This document shows, piece by piece, positions 47,440 through 62,840 of a stretch of 64,000 nucleotides of DNA. Each line of letters begins with the position of its first letter. The stretch's first letter is position 1. A model generated the notes under the pieces. That model had not been told where the DNA came from and did not search any database. It saw only the letters and a list, made by a program, of their open reading frames with translations. Both the position numbers and the translations under genes were made by a program. Where the stretch lies: the NCBI GenBank assembly GCA_964106915.2, contig OZ066919.1. One strand, 5' to 3'. The stretch is from Podarcis gaigeae. Its lineage: Eukaryota.

Positions 47440-48790
47440 CCATTAATCTATTTGCATACCACATATCATAAAAAACATCTCATGGCAGGTTACAATAAAA
47501 TCCATTAAAATACAATAACAGAAAAATAAACTTAACAGCTTTGGTAGGCAGTTCAAAATATAACATAAAAGTTTTGACAAATGACTGCTGTCAATAGCCA
47601 GCAAAGCCTTCAGTAAAGACATATAGTTTCAGCATGCACTGTCAATGCACAGAAAAAGCCCTTTTCCTGGTTGCTGCAAGATGAGCTTCCACATAACCAT
47701 GAAGACCTCAGCAGATGGCCCTAATGACCAGGAAGGTCTGTACAGGAGAAGGGGTTCCTTTGGATTCCTAGTCCCAAATTATTTAGGGCTTTGTAGGTTG
47801 ATACCAAACCTTAAACCTGGCCCATTAGCAAATTGGAAGCCAGTGTAGCTCTTTTAATAGTGGTATTGTATATTCCACTTGACAACCTAGTAGCTACATT
47901 CTGTACTAACAGCAGCTTCTGGACTAAGCTTAAGGGCAGCCTCACATAAAATGCATTATAGTAATCAAGTCTTGAGGTTGTGTATGCATAGTTCACTAAG
48001 CTGGTAAAAGATGCTTTTATCCACTACAGCCACTTGGGCTTTCCAAGTCGAAAATGGTTCCAGGAGCACCCCCAGACTACATACCTACTCCTTCAGAACC
48101 CTTGCCAGTATTCAACATCAGCTTATTGACCCTTATCTAGCCTATTGCTGTGCCCAAACACCAATCCACATCCAGACACCGATCCAGAACTTGTATGGCC
48201 ATACCTGATTCAGATGGAGAAATCAAGCTGAGTATTATCACTATAATGATGTTGTTGTGCTTCAGATCCTCTAAAGACTGCTTTTAGCAGTTTCCTATGG
48301 ACGCTAAACAGCACTGAAGATGATATGGGACTCTGCTTTACTCCGTAGCCGAGCTGCCAAGGTACAATCCTCCAGTGCTACTCTGATACCAACCCTACAA
48401 GTAGGAGCAGAACCACTGTAACACAGTGTTTCCTACTTCCAACCCACTGAGCAAGTCCAGCATGATACAGTGACTACGTTATCAAAAGCTACTGAGAGCT
48501 CAAGCAAAATGCCAGGGTTGCACTACCATGTCCCTGTCAGGGTAACCAATGCTGATTCACTTCCAAAACCAGGTCTGAACTCAGAGTGAAATGAACCCGG
48601 ATAACTGGTTTCTTCTAAGTACTTGGGTTGGGTTGCCACTGCCCTCTCAGTCACTATCCCCCGAAAGGGTGTATCGGCAATCAGACAGTAGCTGTCAAAT
48701 ACCCTGGGTCCAGGGTGTTACTTTACCTCCTCCTTAAGAATAACAGGTATTGTGCCTTTGCAAAGTGATGCATACACCACACCACTCTGT
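47440..48790 (-). mobile_element. Degenerate L2 LINE (RT and 3' end)
   Basis: Minus-strand peptide TSRLDYYNAFYVRLPLSLVQKLLLVQNVATRL matches L2 TSRLDYCNAL..GLP.....LQLVQNAAARL; boundaries approximate. Confidence 0.85.
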
Positions 48791-51700
48791 TTCCCCCCTC
48801 TCAGCTAGTTTGAACTTGAATTTGGCACATTTTGGCTGGGAACCAACCTCAGAAACAATCTAGCATAGTTGGGGCACATGCATACATAGGAGCTTAGAGC
48901 AATTTTACTTTGATGCTGTCATCACTTTACATTCCTGTTATTCCAGTCTAACATGGAAAACTCCGCATTCCAAATTGTGTGACGTGGTCATATGTTCAAA
49001 AGATTATTAAATAATATTGGTTCATATCATTTTCAATAAGATGAAAAGGCGTTGTGAAGACCAAACTACACAAGGCAGTGGGAGATCCACGATCAGACTT
49101 CCTCTGTGCTTCCCTCCACAAACACATTTATTGAATTTTCTAAACAAATTATAAATAAATAAAAGAAGATACAATAAAAAACAGTATCCACATACTAGGA
49201 AAATTAAGAGATAGTATAGTTGCCATTTATCAGCAACTTCTCTTGTGATTTGAGTTAAAATGCAGCCATGGGGAAGCCCCCATCCCCATTGGATTGAGGC
49301 TGTAGTACTGGCAAGGTTTTAAATCTATCTTCTTGTATTTTCACAATATAAGTTGCTTTCTCCCATGCTAGTATTTGCCTGGGGTGGGGCGAGGAACATG
49401 TGCCTTTGCTTCAAGAGGGAGAGCAAGTTAGATAAGGAAAATGGCACAGGAGAGAAGGGTTTTTTAAAAGCCTGCACCATGTGGTCTTGATCTAATCTGG
49501 GGTTCCCAACCTCTTAGCACTTCTCACAAACAAGGATCAGTGGTGAGTCAGGAAGCAAGCCCCAAACAAAAGGAAATCGCTTTTGATGGGCTTCCCTAAT
49601 AATAACATGAAGAAACTCCTGCTTATTCTTTTTATTTTTAAAAGAATGCTGTTTCTAAAAACCATCCAGAGTGGGAACTGATTAAAAAGCCCTTTACATG
49701 AATCATGCCCACCTCTGCCTTCCCACACTATGAAAGAATCCATAGTTCAAGACTCTTCAATTCTAACTTGTATTCCCTTGGATGAGATTGTATTTTTAAT
49801 TTGTTTGCATTCTCAAAATGAACAAATGCTACGTAAAATTAGCGGACAAATGGGTTTCATTTTCATTCTCAAGGACCTTGCAATACTATTTCTCTGGCAA
49901 AGCTCTTTGATGTATTTCTCTTGCATAAAGAACTCTCATAAGTATTGCTTCCAGTTGAAGATATTTTGCAAATCTGCTGGATGTCATTCAGTGTGATAGT
50001 AGGATTAGTTGCATCTCAAGTAAGTGTACAGTCTTTTCCTATTGCTTGATGCTTAAAAGGTAAGACATACCTTTTTCTGCAATTTCAGGCTCTAAATCCA
50101 TTGGGCGGTTGACTGGCGCTTAGTCGTAAGCACTGTCCATTAGAAATAATACCATCATTTTCAGGCTAGGCATAGACTATCTCTACGCTTTTTTCTATAT
50201 TTGGAAACTTTGGGTTGTATCCAGTGTAGTTCTAAATAACTTGTTTCCATTAGTTTTACGCTTATGTGTAATGGACATTGTGTGTCCACCAGCATTTGCT
50301 GTGGTCAGTATGTAAAATGTAGAGGGGAGACATGCACCTCCAAACATGCAGTGGGCATACACCACGTTGTTGGAGAAAGGGAACAATGATTGTACTGAAG
50401 GCTGGACAGAAACCCACTGAATGCACCAAGCAGCAATATTTCTTTTTCGATATTTGCTCTAAAAGCAGAAGACTACTAAGCACTTTTGGAGTTCTTCTTA
50501 TTGATTACACCTGCAATCTAATGCATTATGTACCTGGAGGTAACTCCTATTTAAATTCATTGAGGCTTGCTCCCATGTAACTGTGGGTAGTGTTGTCGCC
50601 TAAAGTTAACTTTCATGAGAACTTTAGTTGGTAAGGAAACTGCATGAAGGCATCCAAGATCAAATTGCAGTGTTTTCCTTTCTCTTCTCGCTGTGAGTCT
50701 TAAATCTGTAAACCTGGTTTCCTAGTATTCAGTTGTGTTATCCTCAGTAGTGTAATGGGACATGGAAACTTGACACGTAATTCAAAGTATGGGGTGCTTC
50801 ATTGGACACCAGTGTGAAAAACTCAGATGCTGCTGTTGATGAACTGAGGGTATTTTATGCAAATAAAGGTTTTTGAACAAATACTGAGTAACTTGGTTTA
50901 AAGACCCATTATGGAAATAACTGTTATGAGATACAGGGTTAATACCTTTTAAATTATCTTATGTATGACAGAAAATAAAAGGAATTCTAGGGTTTTTTAT
51001 TTAACCAAGTAATCCTATGGGTGAGTAATACACTGAATCAGCCCTGTCTGGTGTTTAACTTGTCTATGAACTGTGTGCAATACTCTATGCTGATGCCCTT
51101 TTGTGCTCAGAAAGCATATATGTTACCACCTCTATGAAGGAGGCTCTAGTCAAAGTCCTGTTGTCTATCCTGCATCCGCATGCATTAGAGGATCAGTCTG
51201 GAATGGAATGAAAAAAAAGTTGTTTTCAACACTGTTGTCCTTCATTGGATATCAAACATTTCACAGTTATGTTGCACTGAAAATTGTAAATATCATATAT
51301 GATGCAAGCTAGCAAATCTTGATGCCAAATAATCCTAGGAGCGCTTTGTCTTCCGAGTCTCCTCATGGTGATGCTCCCATATTTTGAAAACATTTTGATC
51401 ATCAGTGCTTATATCTCCAGGCAAACATGTTGCTATTTTGGTTTTTTGTTTGGATGAATAATGCGTTGTTACAGGCAAATTCTATCACATAGTCTCCAGT
51501 CTGGAGTGTTTAATAGATGTTGGTGGCAACATTGTTCCATTTTGCTTTGTAAGATGAAATAAGATGCATGTCCAAGCTTTAAAACCATTTTGAGGTCAGG
51601 TGATTGCTTTGGAGTCCTGTTTTTAACTTGTATTCTTCATATTCTGTAGCTCTAACTGAAATCCTTGTCTCAGCTTGTAGCTGAGTATGAGAAATCTTCC

Positions 51701-54700
51701 CAGACAGGACTACGTAGCAGTTTCAGTAGGCAGCTGTCTAATGAGAATGCAAGGAACCTGTTCCCTGAGCAACTAAGCATGTGGGCTGCTGCTAAGCAAC
51801 AGCCATCTGGAACCCAGTTTGTAATTCTTGGAATGTACCAACCATTTCGTTGGCCAAGAGATAGCATATAGTTGTAGCTGTAGTTGTAGCTGTAGTTTTA
51901 TGTCATTCTGAAACCCACAAGAATTGGAAAGCCCAAGTGAAATGGTGCTCATTCCACCAGCCCTAAAACGACATCTTTCCTCTTGTCTTTTGAATTCCAA
52001 ATATCCCGTGTTTCCAAAAGTATTCTTGGCAGTATTTTGTCTTTCAATCGCTTTTCACAAGCTGCTAGTGACTTTATCATGTTACATTCCTCTTGTGTTT
52101 AATTCTTTAGGTGACTACAGGGAAGAGTCTAGAAAACTGTTCAAAGTGCATGTCTGTAATGTGCAGGCGTGTGCCCAATAAAACAAATTTGATGTATGTT
52201 TTTCCTAATGCATCTTTCAAACTCTCCTGGAGATAGAGTTTAGTTAACAAGATGTGTCTCTCTACTTCACCCATCTCCTGTTCACTTCCTTATATTTATT
52301 AAGTACACATGTGCTGAAAAGTAGTATTTTGGAAAAAGGAATGATCCAGTCAGTAACAGTTTAGATTTGTATACAGTATTTAAGGGTGTCTCCATAAAAA
52401 GTATCTCTCATTTGCATTTAATAAGCTCCATTCTTAACAGTTGTGAAAACTGGCAATATTTTAGTGTCTCTAACCACCACCACCCCATTATATCCATAAA
52501 CAGAGGGAGAGATTTCTGTATGGAAGCAATTGGTATCTCCCAGAAGCTTTTTGTACTGAATGTTTAAAAGTCAAGTTATTTGGGATGTTGATTCTCTGCA
52601 AGCATAACTTGCATATAACATTCTTGTCTAAACTATTAATAGAATCTTCAAGTGATTTATGAATTGTGCCAGAAACAGAATGTTTGGGCTCTGTCTACTG
52701 TGCCCATAGTATAACCAGGCTCAGAGTTTGATTCCTGCACAACAGGTTGTATCTTAATGCCAAGAAACATCTGTTAGCATTCAGATCAGTCTTTGCCAAC
52801 CTGGTGCCCTCCATGTGTTTTGGACTACAACTCTTATCTGCCCCAGCTGTGCTGTAAGAGTTGTAGTTCAAAGCATATGGCAGGCACCAGGTTAGTAAAG
52901 CCACATTTAGATAGTGTTGTGTCACACAGAACATAAGGCGGCACTTACCGGTAAATGGGTGGAGGGAAGGTATGATGAGCACATAGTAGGTAATGTCTGT
53001 CTGCTTTCTCCTTATCTATTGTCTTGGAGGAACAGCTCTTGGCATAAGAGCCACGGCTTGCAAACCATTGTGATATGCTGTTGCCTGGGTGAAAAAGCAT
53101 TTGTCAACAAATCTTTAAAATGGTTGATATGATATTAAGTAAAGCCGTTTGGAAATGAACCACTCTGCTCCTATGTATAGCTAAGTGTGATAACTTGTTT
53201 CAAAAGAAACATTCATGTACTTTTCTTTGTGGAAGGTGCTGGATTAAGTACAATTCCTATTTCTGATTTTGGGGTGTTGGTGTCTACATTTATTTCTGTA
53301 GCTAGGTGACTGGAAGATAATTTTCAGTGTGCATAGGATGGGAAGAGGGAGGGAAGGCATGGGCAAGAAGCAAATAGCCATCTCCTTTCTTCTTCTTCTT
53401 TTTAGAAAGAAAATAAAGGATACATCACAGCTGTTGGTCACTGTAGTCTCATTATTATGTTGCTGATGGTCTCCTTGGAGATAGCAATGTAGCTGTTTAT
53501 AGGGCTGAGGTTTTCTGTTGCTTTCTTGCTAGTTTCTCATCCCGAGTGACACTGGTAAGTTCCAAGTTTAGGTGAGCCTACATTTTCAATCGCTACAGCT
53601 TTGTGGTGCTATGTTCAGAGTTTCTTAACTATCAATGCATCAAGCTGAGTCTTGAGGCAGACCTATCCTATACATTGCCTCTTTTCATTTTGCTTTGTGT
53701 TGTGTGCCTGTATGTTCAGGTTAAGAAAAAACCTTCTTTTGTGTTTTATTTTGGAGTACAAGAGCAAGGTTTGATAGCTTTGTGTGGAAATGCACAGACA
53801 TTTAGATAGATGTCTTGATAGTTTATAGTACCAAAAGGAAAGCTACAGTGGTGGAGGATAAATAAGTCACCAGACTAGCATTCTGAAAGCTGTTGAGCTC
53901 TCTTTGGGTCCTTTGCAATACTACAATTCTGTGATTCTATGAATATTGAAAATAAACCTGTTTTGTCTGAGTTTTCTTAACTAAATGAGGAAAGAGGGAG
54001 CTACTCTCAAAATTTTTAACGTTTACACGTGAAGAAACAGGTCGTGTTGGCTTTCAAAATGGTTTGCAGCAAGTTCTTTGTTCATTCTGAAGTTAACTGC
54101 AATGCTTTGTTCTTTTTTGCTATGTATATGCCTCTGTAAACAAGATTTGTGAATAACTGTAGGCACTAGTTTAGCCTTTCTGACTTAATGTTTGAGAATG
54201 TTTGAGGCAGTGGTATTGCTTGATTCACTCTGGATTTAAAAGCTCCTTTTATGTTGAAGGTTAAATGGCGGTGGTGGCAAAACTTCTTAGAAGCTACTTG
54301 CTCTTTATGAAAGTCTAAAAAATTAGTAACTCAAGGAACAGACTCCAAATTCATAATGGCAGGATGAAAGCCCATTACCAGAAAAGGAAGGGGGGAGGAT
54401 CTGACTCGACCATTGGAATGAAAAAAGTAGACACATAATAGTCTCAGGAATGTCACATTGAGGAAATGACCTTTCAGTCTAATTTCCTATTTAGCTGGAT
54501 CCCCTAAATTGACTGAGGCAGTAGAAACATTTGTTAGAGTTTGCTTACTGCCAGCCTTTTGCTGTTTAGTGTTATATCTTCAAAAACAGCTGTAGCTTAG
54601 CCTTGTGTAGTGTGCAAATGAGGAGTTTGTTGCTTTGATTGGGGGTGCACTAAACATGTTTGAGCATCTTCCATAGGCACATATGTAAAGCATTTCTAAT

Positions 54701-56544
54701 TACTTGGCTGAATGTCTGTAAGATTCTCCTGTCTGAAACTTTGAAGCAGAGAGTCTTAATGTTTTGAATCTAGGGAAACGTTTTGTACTAGTCACATGTA
54801 AAGGAGAAATTGGGCTGTAAAAAGATTTGGCTTGTTGCCATTTGGAATATAGTCATAGTCTTAGGTATGCTTGGGAAAGGCTTTTATCTGATGCTTGTCT
54901 TTTGTTAGTTGAAACTTGGATTGTACATTAAACCTTGTTATTTAAAAAATATATGAAAACTTTTCCTGGGGCATAAATAAAACACTCAAGAAAATACCGT
55001 ACCTCCCTTTCATGTTCTGTTGTCCAGTGTATAATGCTTAGAATAATGCTGGGTAGTGGAAAAATGTGTCTCTGCAATCAGAATCTGACATTCATATTTC
55101 CTACCCAGATATGTGTTGCTTTAAATTGCACATTTCTAATATGTCTGGATCACATAGTAAATTTTTGCTGGACATTGCTCAACTTACAAAGCTTTCAGTA
55201 TCTTTGTATCGTTGGGAATGGAGTAGGGGGCTGAACATTTGCTGCATTTACTGCAAAACAATGCTGGTCTATGACTGTTTCAAAACATTCTATAGTATTA
55301 GAAGGTTTCTTTCTGCATGTCTGAAGCAAGGATAATTATTATTTATTGTATTAGTTGCTTTATACAAAAAGATGCCTTAAAGCAAATCAGCAACTACATA
55401 AAATGAAAAAAGCTAAAATCAGAAATAAATAACCAAGAGTATAATAAAGTTCCTAAAAGTGCTCATCCAACAATACTTTAAAAATAACAAATTCTGCCCC
55501 TCCCCACCAAAACATGAACACCACAATAAAGATCAAAATCGTAGCGAAGTATGATTCAAACTTACAAAAGGAAATTTCATCATAACTCGCAATGAAAACA
55601 GTTAATGCTGATTTCTTAAAGAATGCAAAAGTCAGTATTTTTTTTCCTTGCAGAGGAAAAAGTTCCCTTGCTGATCTCTCTATAAATTGTAATATCTATC
55701 AACTGAGAGTATATGGAATGCAGGGATCTAAAACTTCTCTACTTTCTCCCCAATTATAGGGAAGCAATGGTTAATTAAATTTAATGTGGTTTCCTAGAAA
55801 CTGACTGGTGCTTTCCTGCTGTTGACTGGACCCATCTGTCTGTAGTTTTCCTTTCTGGAGATTAGGGAAAGGAAGCTCTGGCCTTGATGCAAAATTCTTC
55901 ACCCTTGATAGTTTTTCATGAGCAAAAGCCACATCGGATACAATTACACTCCTTGGTTCTGTACAGGGCATATAATGGGTGATCACTCAAACTGTGGCAA
56001 GCAAGGGAAACTTTGCATTTAATTTAACAAAGGCAATGCTGAGTCAGCTCCTCTGGTATTTGCAACATCCGCTTCTGCTGTTTCATGTGAAATGCTAACT
56101 TAAACTAGGATTCCAAGTGAGAACCACAGTCTTCAGAGCATTTTGCAGATTGTAAACCTGCTCTAAATTAATAGGGTGGATGCAAAAGGGCTTCCAATAT
56201 TAGAAAAATAAAATTTAATAACTGTGAATAACTGTGTTCCAGATGATGGCTTGGTAGCTTGAATGACTAAATAGTTTCTTATTAATTGTGACACTCCTTC
56301 CCAAGGAGAAAATTGTCCTAGCATAGTCATTCTTTGGGTTCCTTATTGAGCAGAGTTTAAACACTTAGTCCAGAACGAAGGAGCAAGCCCCTGAAGGTTA
56401 ATGGCATGTGATTTAATAATTTTATCTGCTCTCTTCTGCCAAAATTGTTCACTTGCCATCTTAATATGCTGGTGGCAAGATTTTTCAGCTGTGGTCTATA
56501 ATGTTTCCACACTATCCAATGTTTGTTCAGAGTGTTTATTCAGA

Positions 56545-57882
56545 GAGCATTTATTCCTGTGATTATATAACATTACCCAATAGCACTTTTTTTCTTTCCT
56601 TAGCTCACAATGCAAATGATAAAATACTATAAACACAAAGTATTAAAATCAACAGTCTGCAGCATAAACATTTTCCCACAGAGAGGATAATAGAAACAGT
56701 TAACCACTGGTTATGTGCTGTGTATATTTTTAGTTAAATACTTTAAAATTGGATTTTAAACCCTGGGAGAAAAGTCTTCACCTGCATGCACTTAAAGAAA
56801 GTGCCAGATGAGCTTCTGTGGGAAGGGTGTTATAGAACAGGAATCTTAGCACTAAGAAGGCCCATTCCTTCACAGCCACCTGGAGCAGATCTTGAGGTTT
56901 CAGTTGCCCAACACTTTTAACTGCATCTGGAGACAGGCTTGGCAATTGGTGCTGCTAATGAAGCACTAGCATAATATGATCTATTTGTCCAGTTAACAAT
57001 CATACAGGCCTATTTTGGATCAAGTGCAGTTTCCAAATTATTTTCAAAAGCAGCCCCTTGTATACAAGAGAAGCAGCCATTTGTACAACTCACTGCAATA
57101 TAGATGGGTTGTCAGTGCATGGTTAATTGTAGCTATGTTATCTCAATTTAAATATGGTAATAGCTGATAAAAGATACTCCAGGCAACAGAGGCCACTCAG
57201 GACTCTAATGGCAATGCTGGATGAATAAGCACCTATAAACTGTGTATCTGATATTCTTTAGCCCCCTTCAGAATAGGTCTGAAAGCCATTCACCTAGGTG
57301 ATGAATCACCCACCAACATTATCTCAGTTGTGTTTGGATTGAGTTTCAGTTCATTTGCCTTCATACAGTCCATCCATTACCATGCCCAGGCACTGGTTTA
57401 GGACACCAGCAGCTGCACCTGAATTTGAGAAAGCTTGGTGTCATTTGCATATCTCTGGATAACCTCAGCAGTTTTGTGTAGGTGTTGAACAGCAAGGAGT
57501 AGAGAACAGAACCCTGCAGGACGCCTAAGTAAAACTGCCAAGGGGTCAATCAACGCTCCTCTAGCACTACCCTCTGGCATCAATTATGCAAATAGGAATG
57601 GGACCTGCCACTAAGTGGTGCTTCCAATGCTCAACTTAGATAGCCTTCCCAGAAAGGTACTGTGGCCAATGCATCAAAAGCCACTTGGAGGTCCAAGGAA
57701 ATCAACAGTGTCTCATTCGTGCTTTCTCCTTCCTAGAGTGATCAAGGCAGTTTCTGTCCCAAACTCAAACCTGAAGCCTTAACTGAGATGGTTGAAAAAT
57801 CAGTTTCATCCAAAAGTAACAAGCTTGTTAGCGACAACTTTCCTGGGCACCTTACCTAGGAAGGGGATGCTTGCCACTGGCC
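56545..57882 (-). mobile_element. Degenerate L2 LINE (RT and 3' end)
   Basis: Minus-strand GVLQGSVLYSLLFNTY (GVPQGS motif) and YANDTKL (YADD motif); boundaries approximate. Confidence 0.85.
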
Positions 57883-57884
57883 TA

Positions 57885-57985
57885 GGAGCCAATGTGGTGT
57901 AGTGGTTAGAGTGTCGGGAAACCAGGGTTCAAACCCTCACTCAAGTTTACAAAGCACATTTGGTGACCTTGAGCCACTCACAGCT
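57885..57985 (+). mobile_element. CORE-type SINE 5' fragment
   Basis: GCCAATGTGGTGTAGTGGTTAGAGTGT A box, GGTTCAAACC B box, GGTGACCTTGAGCCA. Confidence 0.65.
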
Positions 57986-59094
57986 TTCAAATTTGACTGG
58001 GTGAAAAGCATACTTCTTGGGGGGAGGGAGTTGTGGTGTCATTACTCTGCATAACTCTTAGCTTCTGCTAGTTAGGGCAAAAAAATTTTTTTAATATTTA
58101 TTTCAAATTTCTATATTGGCCTTCCATAAGAAAAGACTTCTCTTCCCAGAAGGAAAAATGCATAAAAAGAAAATACAGGAACAATTAAAATGCTGGTAAA
58201 GCAAATTGGGACAATCTTTGTTGGCGTACGTCTTACCTGGGAGACTATGGAAGAGTGCACCTTTGTGGGTAAAGTCAAACATTTGGAGAGTTTCAGCACC
58301 TGCTGTGGTTGTAGAGACAGATATAGAAGAGACATATTTTACTGCAGTTGGAGCAGATAAAGGCTTCTGGTGATGCTGCTACAGGTTCCAACACCACCAC
58401 ATAGCTGTATTCACATGGGGGGTTTGTTGGCGGGGGGCGTGTCAATACAAAATGTACACTGTCCTGATTGAAATGGTCTTTGGCTGGTGGGTCATAGCCT
58501 GATCCAAGGTGGGTCACAACAGCGGTACTACTATCATGCAAATATATGGTAAAATATAAAGAAATAGGTTCCCAAATGTATGTTTGGGTTAAAAGTGGGC
58601 CATGAGTCTAAAAAGGTCAAAGATACCTGCTGTAGAGGACATTGAAATCAGCTGAGTAGAGTTCATCGAGCGAATTATGATATCCTGTAAGTAACTGCTC
58701 AAAACATCAGCTCCCTCCAGCAGCTTTTCTTTTCCTTTCAGGGCATCCAAGTGAAGTTTCTTTCATTCTGTGTTAAGAGTGACTCATGGTTGAGACAGAG
58801 CCAGCTCACTGCTATTATGCATTAAAAGATCACATTGGTGTGTGTTAGCACTGATGGAGGAAGAGCTAGATCAGCAGTGGGGAACAGGATTTGGCCAGTG
58901 AGCCAGAAGAGCTCCCCTCCCCCCTGTGGCTATTTTGACAAGTGGGTGGCACCATCCACCTGTCAGTCGCATGACATCACCATGATATCAGGTTACCCAA
59001 CATAAAATGAAAGAATCAAGAGCACACTCTTAAGCGAGCTCCCAGTTCTTTCCTTTCTTCGTTTCCAGCCCATTTTACTGTAGATGGACAGTAT

Positions 59095-59333
59095 TTTACT
59101 TAATTACATTTTTATGCTGCCCTTCCTCTAAAGAGCTCAAGGTGTAGCATGCTGCCTTTTCTTCTTCTGCCCACCTCCTACTCTGTGTTGTTTTCCCAGC
59201 CTGACCAACCTCCAAGGAATGTTATGGAGAACAGCTGGTCCAAAAGGCACCCAGTGAACTTCATGGTTGAGAGAGGATTTGAATCTGGGTCTCCTCACCC
59301 CTAGTCCCACTTGTTAAATACTACGCCACACTG
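59095..59333 (-). mobile_element. Older CORE-type SINE
   Basis: CCAGTGTGGCGTAGT head and GGGTGCCTTTTGGACCAG CORE-like block on minus; degenerate. Confidence 0.6.
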
Positions 59334-62300
59334 GTTTTCTTTACATGCATCCCTCTTCATACAGAAATTACACTTGCACCGCCCACCATCTACTCCAAGG
59401 TATAACCTCCATCCCCAAATAATACTGATATGGCATTTCTTCCAAAGTAATGAAAATAGGTGTGTTGATAATAGAAACAAAGATTTACTATGAATATTCC
59501 TTAGCTTGCAGCCAGCTTCCTTGGGAATAATTAATAAGTGCTGGCTTGTTTCTCTTTTTTTAAACAATGGCAAATAGACATTCCAGAAAAAGAAATCAAG
59601 GTAGCCGAAATAAGAGTTAGCTGTTAAGAAACCTGATATAGGCCCTAGCAACGGGAGAGGCAGAATGTAGGTCAGTGCCTTTTATAGGCTGGTGGAATTA
59701 TTGTGGGAGCTCCCAGAGGAAAATAAAATATGTTGCCTGTAAAGATAGAAGAAGAGAAACTTTTATAAGTATTAGAATTTATTGATCTTCTGTTCCAAAA
59801 ATGAGGAGATGTTGCTAATTGCCTTAAGGTGAAACGTATCCATTATCCAACATTAGTTAGAATAGCAAAATGGAAAAAAATGGATTTAAAGAAACTGACT
59901 TGTATTCTGCTGCTTGGGATTGTTGAATCTTCCCATCCATTTGGAACTTATGAGATGGTGGGCTGCAGTGGGGGAAGGATAAGGTTATATAGCAGAATGG
60001 ATCCAAAGCTGCCCTTTCATTCACAGGACTCCTTCCATGACTGGTCATTGATCCAGTGGAGGATCAACTAATGGAAAGTGCTAGGTGCTATTTCTCACTG
60101 ATTTTATCAACACCACCCCTTGAACCCATCTGCTTTGAAAGGTTGGTGGACCCTCCAGTACAGCTTAAGAGGTGATGGGGGGCTGTAATGGAGGGGGTGA
60201 ATTGTCAGTACAATGCCTCCTTTCCATTTGCATTACAGACACCAGTGGTGCCTTTTACATCAGCACAACTCCACCGACTGGATTTTGGAATCCAACCCAG
60301 TATTTCATCTATATATTCCCAGTTTCTTTGCTTCTCGCAGAATCTTGTTAGCTATGCTCTGTGCTGTCATCACAATTTCTAGAACTGCTGTCATCACTAA
60401 TTGGGAATAGAGGTGTCTCGGGCTACATACTGATTGCTACCTCCTTTGATGTTGTAGCAACAGAAGCAAACAATTTTTGCAGCTTTGCTCTGTACAAAGG
60501 CAAACGTCACCAGTTCTGCATCTCATTTATGTGCTTTGGGGAACAGTTTTTTTTAAGGTGCTGCATATTGCAGATAATGAATTTAAAATATATTTAAAGA
60601 CTTTTCGACCAGTATTCTCAGTAGAGGCCCAGGCATTCAAAGGCTGAACAAGCAGAGATCTTTTCATCACTGAAAAAATATGGATTATTCTAAAATGGAA
60701 TTGATTATCTTAGTCTCCTGTCTAAATTTAGAAAGCTGCAATCATTCCTGTGTTTCATAGTGAGCAATAAAATTCTATTTTGAGAGAGTAGCTATTGCCA
60801 TAGAAACATTTATTTAAATCTAAACCCAATTTTGTTTGTGCCTTCCAAAATAGTTTTTAGAAATCATTTTTGATTAATGAATTGTTGTTCTCTAGTACAG
60901 ATGTACCAGACTTGCATTGGGTGTTTCATGGGCAAGGCTCAAATGAATGTTTCTGCCATGGTGCATGGAAGAACATGGAAAGAGAAACTCAGTGTACATT
61001 CAATATAACACTAGCTTGTTTAGACCACGCAACAAACCAGCACACCTTTTAAGCACTTGCCGCCTTGTATCCATCTCTGTGGGTGGTTGCTACAAGGAAC
61101 ACATTGTATTATAAAGAGGACCTTTGCATTCTAATGTTCTATTAAGTCTCCCAGCCTCTGTACCAGTTGCCTAACAATCCACTTCACTGAAAGATGAATG
61201 GAATCAATAATGCTTAGGGTGCACCCTGTTTGTTTGACTTGCAGGCAGAGCCAAATCTTTGAATAATCTGCATCTGATTAAAGGGGTACCAAGCCATTGC
61301 AGCAAAAACTAGTAAAGTGCCTGCAAGGTGGCATGGGGTTAAAAGGTACATGGGTTTGTTCCAAGCTCAAGCAAGCATTTGGATTCCCTGAAATCAGTCC
61401 CATCAGAATGAAGGCTATCATTTTCCTTGAATATGAGCAAATTATCCATGTGAAATGTGACCTTCTTAATAGTCTCTCTCTCAGTACTTGCACATTATGT
61501 TATCTTAACTTGTAATAGCAGGTTTAGCAAAGGGCAGCTCATCACTGGAAATCAAATACCTTATACCAGATTTGTCACTGGTACCAAGCACACCTGTCAG
61601 AAGCAAATCTTGATGGAATTTATTGTCAAGTAGCTGTGTTTAGGATCACAGCCTTACTGAAACACTGTACAACTCTACAGATGAGGGCATTAAGAGGCAA
61701 ACATTGCAAAATGGCTTAATAATATCTGTGTGAGTACTGAAGGAATTGCCATTATGGTAGTAATTTGCTTGAAATCCATTGTGCAGCATACTTTGCAGTG
61801 TTTTTGCTGTATCTAATGGAGAGCAGACATAATTCTTAGGGTGGAACAGGCAAAACACTGTATAAAAGACACCTAGGCCCTTCAAATGGAAAAGTCTAAA
61901 TTTCGTATTTTTGCAAGTGATATGTTTAGGTCAGTGGGTTTCACATTGTTAAATCTGAATATGCCAAAGGGCTACATTTAACTTGTTAAATAGACTTTTG
62001 CCAATTCAGTCATGTGTGGACCATTTTGTAGAATTAAGTTGGAAGTCCAGCCCTAAAACTCACAACATCCTTCTTGAATATGTCAGATTTTGTTATGAAC
62101 CCAATAAAAAAGTTATTTTGCAGCCAATGTGTTCCCTGAGAAATTATTCTGGAATGTCATACATCCTGAATTTTACATTTTCACCTTTTGAAGTACCATA
62201 TAATCCAAATGTATTGGAGTTTATTTTGTAGCCATGTGTGTTCTTGTATCTACGATTGTCTTTAAACTAGATAGTTTGTTTCCTTTTGGTGTGGCTTTTT

Positions 62301-62840
62301 CGGGACAGGTGAGTGGGTCCTCTATAAAATAGTACATGGCTATGTAAACTATGCACATGTGGAGACAGAATGTCTTGAAATTCTTGTGTCTCAAGTGTAA
62401 TGCAAGATACAGAGTTCATTATCAAACTGCAATACCCTTTAGGATTGAGGAATTTTACAAAGTCAACTGCATGTGATCAAACTGCTGTTAGGAGATATCA
62501 GTAAATTAGCTTTTGCAAGATGTGCATGTTATCGTTCCACATACTACACAGGAGAAACGAGTAGCTTGTGCTTTCTTGGTTTGCATTGTGTAATGGTGAC
62601 TGCTTAAGATTAAACTATTAATCTTATCCCTATGGTTATTTGGATTGCTCTTTTTTATTTTCTCTTTCCCCCATTTGCAACATGTATCTGTCCCTCCTTT
62701 ATAAAGGATGAGAGTGTAGAAACTACCTAGTGAACCCAACTGGTATCATAATTAATCATCCAGTAATGCTGGAATAGTCGAGCTTGTTTTGATTTTATCC
62801 CACTTCCACCATGGGACTAGATTGGTTCAAATCCCAGGTA

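Noticed and set aside
53533-53554. Possible microexon (ttgctAG...CTG|GTAAGT)
   Set aside because: 22 nt, not frame-preserving; no homology evidence
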